The notes under the pieces are model-generated. The model had not been told where the DNA came from and did not search any database. It was given only the letters and a program-made list of their open reading frames with translations. A stretch of 41,106 bases of DNA from NCBI GenBank assembly GCA_035406685.1, contig DAONLM010000001.1, positions 1 through 41,106 of the forward strand. The letters are read 5' to 3'. A program made the translations under genes and the position numbers. Origin of the DNA: Spirochaetota bacterium (lineage in GTDB: Bacteria; Spirochaetota; GWE2-31-10; MWDO01). Positions 26,501-32,768 of the stretch are shown here, piece after piece (position 1 is the stretch's first letter; each line of letters begins with the position of its first letter).

Positions 26501-26623
26501 GCCAGTAGTTCCGCCTCCTTTTTTAGAACTATTACCACCAGTAATTGCATCCTGACTATAATTTATTAATTCTAAAAGATAGATAAAGATAATAAAAATA
26601 AATAATTTTTTTGAGAAAGACAT
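23510..26623 (-). CDS. Large secreted surface protein: eight chitobiase/hexosaminidase-C-like (Fn3-associated) repeats plus a C-terminal lactonase-type beta-propeller
   Basis: It has a signal peptide and eight ~80-aa repeats of the form (I/Y)(R/Y)YT(T/L)(D/N)G(S/T)(E/D)P...S..Y..PI....T.IKA.A.K..W..S. The C-terminal ~350 aa have YLYV.N.GSN.IS.F and GNGPRSIAVHP.GNY.FV.. blades. Confidence 0.8.
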   Translation of the reverse strand: MSFSKKLFIFIIFIYLLELINYSQDAITGGNSSKKGGGTTGTTTTTSLLKVSDPEFLPDGGIFDSPITVTINSKTEGATIRYTTNGSDPTENSSLYSYPIPVNNGMTIKARAYKTGFTPSNVITRSFTIKETCASPTFSLTEGVYYTEITVSLSTLTSSAKIYYTLDGSEPSTSSLLYDSPINITKTTTIKAITIKEGYNDSSVSTITYTLKVKSPFSLLPEGLYKNEQDVTLDCETEGATIYYTTDDTTPDINSNIYTTPIHLDTNTTNLIKAIAVKDNWENSDILTLSYVITGKVTSPQFLPPEGTYITPQEVVISCLTPDSIIRYTTNGSEPDETSTEYTGPISVSSSMTIKAKAFKTNWDDSDTTTATYIITGTCAAPTFEPESGIYNEIQNVSINVSSPSGVTIYYTLDGTDPVPGSSLIYTTPITINRNTTIKAIATKDGWANSIISQANFVLKPKDPNFNLDSGIFTTPQDIVLSTETTGAEIRYTTDDSTPDYSSPLYTSPIHIDYDTTLTIKAIAIKENWSDSNVITKTYIVTGKVATPTFSHTEGEYPESIDVTISTSTSGATIRYTTDGSEPTISSPVYSGPINIPLFTTMTIKAKAFKTNWDDSNTNSATYVVNGPVATPTILPASGTYDQTTMISMSTTTTGATIRYTVDGSEPTSSSTLYTSPFELTTSCTIKARAFKTNWTDSNVASNDYILYRYYLYVPNNGSNNISMFRINDDGTLTNIGTKSGLAGNGPRSIAVHPSGNYIFVTENTGNKVESFSVEKDGNLTSLGSQDITGAWGVTVNPNGNYLYVGSNSGNSINTLSITNGVLGAPVSTGSVNTGPRDFEFANAQANKFIYIPCFGNNKISIMNVSADGSSVTFNNTLNPGFNQPSFVKTHKNLNYIFASMTSGNRVRSYSYDNTGATTGISNRIVNNASISDIYYGTTHYIYIARPANNAIHYASTNQTTGALTLISSVNTNGTQPPYAVAVHPATWANYLYVTVKGTSNNVQLFKIDTGTGALTWDSNYATGTAPEKLAIVKREQ
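24776..24820. repeat. 45-nt exact intragenic repeat (partner at 25526..25570)
   Basis: AGAATCATCCCAGTTTGTCTTAAATGCCTTAGCCTTAATTGTCAT occurs identically 750 nt apart. Both copies encode MTIKAKAFKTNWDDS. Confidence 0.9.
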
Positions 26624-26700
26624 ATCTACACCCCTATTTATTATATTTTTTCAATATACTTTTTGATTGTATTTTTTGACTTTTGTTATTATCTATATTA

Positions 26701-26729
26701 ATTATAGGAACATTTCTTCAAAAAGTCAA
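26701..26729 (-). promoter_or_regulatory. Consensus sigma70 promoter for the 1037-aa surface protein gene
   Basis: On the minus strand: TTGACT (26729..26724), 17 nt, TATAAT (26706..26701). The leader is about 70 nt. Confidence 0.6.
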
Positions 26730-26974
26730 ATTTTTTACGGATTTTCTTGATTAAAATTTAAAAATTAATAAAAATAATATAGATATTCAACTTTTATGTT
26801 TTTTTACTTTATTATTCTATTTTATCAATAAATTATAGTCATTTTCTGTACAATACTTTCTTTGTAAAATTTATAATTTTATTAAAAAATAAAATTTCTT
26901 TTAGATAATATTGATTTTTTTTAAAAAATGGTCTAAAATATACTATGAAGTTAATAAAGCATAAGGTATAAATA

Positions 26975-27388
26975 ATGAAACTTACTTTTAACGGTATTAA
27001 ATTTAAAGAAGATTCAAGCCCAATCGTAGTATTTGAAAATAGAGAAAAAAAGAAATTTCAGTTCCCTATTGAAATAGCAACTGTTAGAAGTATAGTAGAA
27101 TTTTTGAAAACAAATGAGATAAAGGATTTGAAAGACAATCTTTATTTTACTTTAATTAATAAAAAGAGATTTAAAATAGAGCATATTGTTATAAGAGAAT
27201 ATAGAATGAATAAATATTTTGGAGATATTACAATAAGAGATTTATATAACAATCGTTATAACTATTCTTTAACAATAGATGACATTATCCTCTTTTCTCT
27301 CTATTTTAATATTGGGATAGAGTTAAAGCCATCTATTTTTTATGACTTTCTTGATAATATTAAGATTAAAAAATCAAATTTTATTTAA
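26975..27388 (+). CDS. Small protein resembling the bifunctional nuclease (DUF151/BFN) domain
   Basis: SSPIVVFENREKKKFQFPIEI...VRSIVEFLK..........LYFTLIN..RFKIEHIVI......YFGDITIRDL......SLTIDDIILFSL..NIGIEL runs parallel to the DUF151 pattern as I remember it. The match is divergent. Confidence 0.35.
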   Translation: MKLTFNGIKFKEDSSPIVVFENREKKKFQFPIEIATVRSIVEFLKTNEIKDLKDNLYFTLINKKRFKIEHIVIREYRMNKYFGDITIRDLYNNRYNYSLTIDDIILFSLYFNIGIELKPSIFYDFLDNIKIKKSNFI

Positions 27389-29150
27389 CAACAACAGTAA
27401 GTCTAACAGTGTCTTCAAGTCTTATCAAATCTTTTAATGTGCCAGAAAAACCACTTGCCCTTTTATAGTATCTATTTGAAGATTTTTTTAGTGAAGAATA
27501 ATAGGAATATCCTACTTCCTGATAGTTTTCATAAATAAGAGGCGTTGGATCATAATTAAACATATTAATTGAGCCAATGTTATAATCAATTGTGTTATCG
27601 CTTGTACTTGTAAACCATGTGCCTTTATTATAAGAATAGCCAGTTGACATTGTAAGTTGATCAGAACAAATGACTGCTGCCCCCCATTTTTGTAAGCAAC
27701 TACTAAAAGTTTCAGAATATCCGAGACTACTGAAAGCACTATTTATAGCAAGATAATTTATATAAGGATTTTGAACAATATTTTTAAATAACTTAACCCC
27801 ACCAAAATTTCTTGCAAGATAAGCTCCAAATGAGTATACAATCGAATAGCTTCTTAAAACATCATCGCCATCTAACCATACTATTACAGAATCATCATTA
27901 TTATTATTATAGAGAGGCAATCTACCATTAGAATTACTTGGACTACCAGCAGTACCGTCATTATAGTCTATTCCTCGTGGACCATTAAAGCCAATCTTTT
28001 CTGATGCAAAGTCTTCTGCCATCAATGAACACATTTCATCAAGCCAGACATCAGATGATTTTGATAAATTATTCTTTATCACCTTTTGATAAAAATGGAT
28101 CATATGTTGCAATTCATGAGCAAGAGTAGAAATCATTTGCATTGGATAGTTGTCTGTAATATCCCATAACCCATCCCCTTTGGCAAAAAGACAGGCATCT
28201 ATATAAAACATTGTGCATTCATTAGATCCACCCTCTGTTAAACCAGTATATTTTTTTAATTCTGAATTAAGATAGTTATCCTTTGCCCAGAAATATCCAA
28301 GTACCACTCCGCCAGTAGTATTGCCATTGTCATTATCAATGTCATATAACAATATAGTAATATTATCCTCTTCTGAAGAAGGGATAAACCCTGGATAGTT
28401 ATGTAAGCCCCAATGAGAGCCATATATCCCACTAATTAATGTATAAATGTCGTTTGTTGTATCTGCTTTCAAAAATTTATCTGCCATTGCTGCTACCATA
28501 GTGTCATTTACCTTATATGTCTTTGTTCCACCAATATACCAGCAATCATCAGCTACATATATATTAAGATTTTTTCCTTTAATATTTTGACTGAATCTAC
28601 ATGTTGATGGTATATATTCAATACTCCACCCACCATTATAATTTAAGTTAAAAAATGTCTTTTGTTCCCCAACAGTTGCCTTTCTAGGGTGGGGTGGAAG
28701 AATATTACTCCTTTTTTCAATAATAGGTGAATTTGATTTATGTTTATTAAGAAAATCTTCTGGATTACTATTAAATTCTTTTACTATCTCTTTATCTTTA
28801 ATATAAGAGTTAGAAACTATATTTCTATTTTTCGATATAGAAAATGATTTATTCTCTTCTATCTGGTTATTATTTTTATAGACAACCGGGTTTTTTTTAT
28901 CAGAGGAGGTACTTATATTTGTAAATATATAATAGACATCGTTATTATTTAGATTAGAAAGTGTATAACTCAATTCTGTGTATGTATTGGTATTTATATG
29001 AAATATCTCTGGGGATGTTCCAGAAAAACTATTTGACCTATTTATTTTTTGATAAGTGGTAGTTGTTGATGGTTGTTCTACTGGACAGTTAGATAAAATT
29101 AAAATAATAATACTTATAACACATGATATTAAAAAAATATTTTTTTTCAT
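27381..29150 (-). CDS. Lipoprotein zinc metalloprotease (HExxH; M30/hyicolysin-like)
   Basis: It has a signal peptide with lipobox LSNC and the zinc motif TLAHELQHMIHF. The M30 assignment is from memory only. Confidence 0.55.
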   Translation of the reverse strand: MKKNIFLISCVISIIILILSNCPVEQPSTTTTYQKINRSNSFSGTSPEIFHINTNTYTELSYTLSNLNNNDVYYIFTNISTSSDKKNPVVYKNNNQIEENKSFSISKNRNIVSNSYIKDKEIVKEFNSNPEDFLNKHKSNSPIIEKRSNILPPHPRKATVGEQKTFFNLNYNGGWSIEYIPSTCRFSQNIKGKNLNIYVADDCWYIGGTKTYKVNDTMVAAMADKFLKADTTNDIYTLISGIYGSHWGLHNYPGFIPSSEEDNITILLYDIDNDNGNTTGGVVLGYFWAKDNYLNSELKKYTGLTEGGSNECTMFYIDACLFAKGDGLWDITDNYPMQMISTLAHELQHMIHFYQKVIKNNLSKSSDVWLDEMCSLMAEDFASEKIGFNGPRGIDYNDGTAGSPSNSNGRLPLYNNNNDDSVIVWLDGDDVLRSYSIVYSFGAYLARNFGGVKLFKNIVQNPYINYLAINSAFSSLGYSETFSSCLQKWGAAVICSDQLTMSTGYSYNKGTWFTSTSDNTIDYNIGSINMFNYDPTPLIYENYQEVGYSYYSSLKKSSNRYYKRASGFSGTLKDLIRLEDTVRLTVVVK

Positions 29151-29173
29151 TTTATACCTTCTTTAAAAAATAA

Positions 29174-29195
29174 ATAAGAGGGATATCCCCCTTAT
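29174..29195 (-). terminator. Palindromic hairpin (GGGATATCCC core) downstream of murA
   Basis: ATAAGAGGGAT|ATCCCCCTTAT is a 22-bp palindrome with one mismatched pair. On the minus strand it is followed by TTATTTTTT. It lies between the murA stop (29232) and the peptidase start (29150). Confidence 0.5.
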
Positions 29196-29231
29196 TATTA
29201 TAACGCATTATTTTAAAAAAGCAAAAAAAAA

Positions 29232-30509
29232 TTATTCAATTACTTTAATTTTTGCCCCAAGGTTGCTCAATCTTTCTGGTAATTTCTCATATCCTCTCTC
29301 TATCTGAATCACATTTTGAATAATACTTGTCCCCTCAGCACATAGTGCAGCAATTACCAGTGCCATACCAGCCCTTATATCTGGGCTTGTTAACTCAAGT
29401 CCCTTTAATCTTGTGGGTCCTGTTATTACGGCTCTATGAGGATCACAGAGTATTATACGAGCCCCCATTGAGACTAATTTATCAACAAAGAATAGTCTTG
29501 ACTCAAACATCTTTTCAAAGACAAGCACAGTTCCATCAATCTGTGTTGCAGTCACAACAATGATACTTATTAAATCTGGTGGGAAGCCAGGCCATGGAGA
29601 ATCATCGATTTTTGGGATCATTCCACCAATATCTGATTGAACTCTTAATTCTTGATGAGATGGAACAAATATTGATCTTCCATCAGTCTCCCATGTTATC
29701 CCTAATTTTCCAAACACCAGTCGAGCCATTCTCATATTTTGAGGATCAGCATCAGTAATCTCTATTTCTCCTCTTGTTACAGCTGCAAGTCCTATAAGAG
29801 AGCCGACCTCCATATAGTCTGTCCCTATTTTAAATTCAGTTCCATGTAATTTTTTTACACCAGTTATTTTTAGAATATTTGAACCAATCCCCTCTATTTT
29901 TGCCCCCATAGAGTTTAAGCATCTACATAGATCCTGAACATGTGGCTCACTGGCTGCATTTATGATCACTGTTTCGCCTTCCGCAAGAACACTTGCCATT
30001 ATTGCATTTTCGGTCCCTGTAACAGATGCTTCGTCCAGAAAAATTTCTTTACCAACAAGTCTATTGGCACTCAATTTAAAATTAGCTCCTATTTCAATTC
30101 TACTTCCTAATTCTGATAAAGCAAGAAAATGCGTATCTAGTCTTCTTCTTCCTATTACATCTCCACCCGGAGGTGGTAATTCTACCTTACCAGATCTTGC
30201 AAGTAAAGGACCTGCAAAGAGAATGGATGTTCTTATTTTTTTACCAAGTTCCTGATTTATTGTTGTCTTTGAAATATTTGTTTTTATTTTGTATGAATTT
30301 GTATCAAGACGTTCAACAGTGGATCCTATTTCCTTTAAAATCGTAAGCATTACTGCAACATCTTCTATATCAGGTATGTTTCTTAATATGACTTCTTCAT
30401 CAGTCAGAAGAGTTGCTGCTATTATTGGTAAGGCAGCGTTTTTATTGCCATTTGGTTTAATCTTTCCTTTTAATGGATATCCACCTTCAATTAAATATTT
30501 TTTAGCCAT
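29232..30509 (-). CDS. murA: UDP-N-acetylglucosamine 1-carboxyvinyltransferase (MurA), Asp-type active site
   Basis: It has [22 protein letters not shown] and [17 protein letters not shown], and is colinear with MurA over its full 425-aa length. Confidence 0.93.
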   Translation of the reverse strand: MAKKYLIEGGYPLKGKIKPNGNKNAALPIIAATLLTDEEVILRNIPDIEDVAVMLTILKEIGSTVERLDTNSYKIKTNISKTTINQELGKKIRTSILFAGPLLARSGKVELPPPGGDVIGRRRLDTHFLALSELGSRIEIGANFKLSANRLVGKEIFLDEASVTGTENAIMASVLAEGETVIINAASEPHVQDLCRCLNSMGAKIEGIGSNILKITGVKKLHGTEFKIGTDYMEVGSLIGLAAVTRGEIEITDADPQNMRMARLVFGKLGITWETDGRSIFVPSHQELRVQSDIGGMIPKIDDSPWPGFPPDLISIIVVTATQIDGTVLVFEKMFESRLFFVDKLVSMGARIILCDPHRAVITGPTRLKGLELTSPDIRAGMALVIAALCAEGTSIIQNVIQIERGYEKLPERLSNLGAKIKVIE

Positions 30510-30556
30510 CTATTTCCCTTTTTTGTGTTGAAGAATAAGAATTTCATTTTTAAAAT

Positions 30557-30585
30557 CTTATACTAAAAATTTTAATATTTGTCAA
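30557..30585 (-). promoter_or_regulatory. Sigma70 promoter for murA (minus strand)
   Basis: On the minus strand: TTGACA (30585..30580), 17 nt, TATAAG (30562..30557). Confidence 0.5.
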
Positions 30586-30598
30586 AACTTAATAGAGT

Positions 30599-31412
30599 AA
30601 ACAGAAAGGAAGGCGATTTTATTTTGAGGCAATTTTTTTTATTTTTTTCTTAAATTTTGTAAAGGATTTTCTTAAAAATTTTGTGATTAATATATAGAAA
30701 TATTTTTTTATAAACTTAAGGAGTAAGGAGGATTTTTTATGGATATTAATAAAATTTTAGAAAACTACAATGCTGAACATGAGTTTCACTTTGTAGTAAA
30801 ATCAGAAATGAAAAAAAGGCTTGTAAAATTAGCAGAAAAATTAAATTTATCTTTATCAAAACTTGTTGTGTATATTCTTCAATTGTTTTGTAACAGGATA
30901 AAAAAGATATACTGCTTTGGTGTTGAGGATGGAAATACTTATGAAAGAATTGATGCTACTGATAAAATTAGGGTATATCTCTCAAAAGAGGATTATAGAT
31001 TCTTAAAAAAGATTCATGCGGATCTTAATTTTTTCAGCATGGCAGTCCTCTTGAGGAGAATTGTCGCACTTTTTTTGGAAGAATATGAGAAAATGGGGCT
31101 TTTAGGTGTGGAGAAGAAATGTAGTCTTGTGACATTGAGGTTATGGTTGAAAATAACAAAGATAAAGAGGTGGAAAAAGAATAAAGAATTGTCGCACTTT
31201 GAAGGCAATACCATGCCCTTCTATAAGGCGATCTATAATAATTGCTATCAAGTAATAGGTTTTGAAACCTATTATTGACCATAATTTTATTTAGAAATGA
31301 ATAGATCTATTATAACTTTTTCTCAAACAAAGTTAACATGAGGATAAATGTATTTTTTTAATTGCCTAAAAATAAATTAGTGCGCAAACAGAAAGAAAAG
31401 CAATTTTATTTT
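30599..31412 (+). mobile_element. Complete RHH cassette, copy D, with IRs and flanking 27-nt direct repeats
   Basis: The direct repeats are AAACAGAAAGGAAGGCGATTTTATTTT (30599..30625) and AAACAGAAAGAAAAGCAATTTTATTTT (31386..31412), differing by 3 G-to-A changes. IR-L is GATTTTATTTTGAGGCAA (30615..30632). IR-R is TTGCCTAAAAATAAATT (31362..31378). Confidence 0.55.
30739..31278 (+). CDS. Tandem ribbon-helix-helix-like small protein, family copy D (full length, 179 aa)
   Basis: AAGGAGG lies upstream of the ATG. It has two beta-helix-helix modules (FHFVV-KSEMKKRLVKLAEKLN-LSLSKLVVYILQLF and IRVYL-SKEDYRFLKKIHADLN-FFSMAVLLRRIVALF). It is close to copies A and E. Confidence 0.8.
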   Translation: MDINKILENYNAEHEFHFVVKSEMKKRLVKLAEKLNLSLSKLVVYILQLFCNRIKKIYCFGVEDGNTYERIDATDKIRVYLSKEDYRFLKKIHADLNFFSMAVLLRRIVALFLEEYEKMGLLGVEKKCSLVTLRLWLKITKIKRWKKNKELSHFEGNTMPFYKAIYNNCYQVIGFETYY

Positions 31413-31430
31413 TTAAAAATGTTATTTTTT

Positions 31431-31459
31431 TTGACAATTTAGATTTTTTAGTATATATT
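31431..31459 (+). promoter_or_regulatory. Sigma70 promoter directly abutting the START-domain gene (possibly a leaderless mRNA)
   Basis: TTGACA (31431..31436), 17 nt, TATATT (31454..31459). The annotated ATG is at 31468, only 9 nt after the -10 box, and no Shine-Dalgarno sequence is visible. Confidence 0.45.
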
Positions 31460-31467
31460 AAGCAAAG

Positions 31468-32091
31468 ATGAGATATATACATATAATTCTTTTATTATTA
31501 TTGAATTATTTTCTTTATTCAACCAGTATGTTTTATAATATAAATTGGCATTTTGAAAAGGAGAAAAAAGGTATATCACTTTATATTGCTATAGATCCTG
31601 ATACGCAGGTAAACTATTATAAGGCTCAGACAGTTGTAAAGAATATTTCTTTTGATAAAATTGTGAAAATTCTATCTGACTTTGATAATTATAATAAATT
31701 TTTCCCAAAAACAATAATTTTCAAACCTATAAGAGTTATAGGGGAGAGGAGATTTATTGTCTATTCTCTTCTTAACTTTTTTCCTTATAAAAATAGAGAG
31801 TATCTGGTTGAGTGTTGTATTCAGGAGGAAATAGTTAATGATAGGAAGATTTTTAAGTTATACTGGTATCCAGATACTACCAATACTGAGTTTAATTTTA
31901 ATAAAAAGAATCATAGAATAAAAAATGTTTATGGAATGTGGCAAATAGAGGAATTGGAGAATAGTGAAGTTAAAATTACATTTTTTTCTTTTAATGACTG
32001 GGAGATAACTGCTCCAAGAAATATTAAAGTAGAATTTGAAAAAGATGGGACTATAAATAATGTCCTTGATTTATTAAATGGGGTAAGGTAG
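31468..32091 (+). CDS. START/SRPBCC-like lipid-binding domain protein with an N-terminal signal or anchor
   Basis: The pattern W.FEKEKKGISLY........YYKA...V.N.S.DKIVKILSDFDNY.KFFP...........IGERRFIVYS.LNFP.PYKNREYL is reminiscent of bacterial START domains. Confidence 0.45.
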   Translation: MRYIHIILLLLLNYFLYSTSMFYNINWHFEKEKKGISLYIAIDPDTQVNYYKAQTVVKNISFDKIVKILSDFDNYNKFFPKTIIFKPIRVIGERRFIVYSLLNFFPYKNREYLVECCIQEEIVNDRKIFKLYWYPDTTNTEFNFNKKNHRIKNVYGMWQIEELENSEVKITFFSFNDWEITAPRNIKVEFEKDGTINNVLDLLNGVR

Positions 32092-32178
32092 ATTTTATCA
32101 ATTAAAAATGAGATAACCAATCATAATAATTAAATGAAATTATAGTTATTTCATAAATATATTCTGTAAATGTAATAT

Positions 32179-32196
32179 GTGCGACAATTGTCCTAT
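32179..32196. repeat. Intergenic copy of the extended GACAATTGTC palindrome
   Basis: GTGCGACAATTGTCCTAT (core 32183..32192), about 90 nt downstream of the START-domain gene. Confidence 0.85.
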
Positions 32197-32274
32197 CTGT
32201 ATAAATTAGGTCTCTTTATTTACCCCTCTTATTGAAAAAATAGATTGTTACATCTAATTAATTATTTTTTTCTT

Positions 32275-32303
32275 TTGACAAAAAAGATTTTATTAGATAT
32301 AAT
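32275..32303 (+). promoter_or_regulatory. Consensus sigma70 promoter for the NUDIX / hybrid-kinase operon
   Basis: TTGACA (32275..32280), 17 nt, TATAAT (32298..32303). Confidence 0.6.
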
Positions 32304-32341
32304 ATTTTAAATAAAAAGTTTTACTTTTAAGGTGTAATGGC

Positions 32342-32767
32342 ATGGCAAAACTTCCTATTCAGGTAGATGTTATTTTGTTTTATAGAGACAAAGATGGTAT
32401 AAAATATCTCTTGCTCAAAAGAACAGAAGAGAGAGGGGGATTCTGGCAACCTGTAACAGGTGGAGTAGAAGAAGGGGAAGATATTTTATATGCAGCAAGA
32501 AGAGAGGTAATGGAAGAGACTGGTTTTTTAAAAGTAAAAAAAATGTATGATGTTAAGTATAAATTTTCTTTTAAAAATGGGGATAAAGAGATTACAGAGT
32601 ATGTATTTGCCTTTGAGGTAGATAGTATGAATGTAAATTTTTCAAAAAGAGAACATTCAGAAATTGTTTGGGTTTCTTATGAAGATGCTTTAAAATATTT
32701 AAAGTGGGATACAAATAAAGAGGCTTTAAAAAAAATAAATGATTATTTAACAAGAGATATTCAATAA
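32342..32767 (+). CDS. NUDIX hydrolase
   Basis: The Nudix box is GGVEEGEDILYAARREVMEETG. Confidence 0.85.
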   Translation: MAKLPIQVDVILFYRDKDGIKYLLLKRTEERGGFWQPVTGGVEEGEDILYAARREVMEETGFLKVKKMYDVKYKFSFKNGDKEITEYVFAFEVDSMNVNFSKREHSEIVWVSYEDALKYLKWDTNKEALKKINDYLTRDIQ

Positions 32768-32768
32768 A

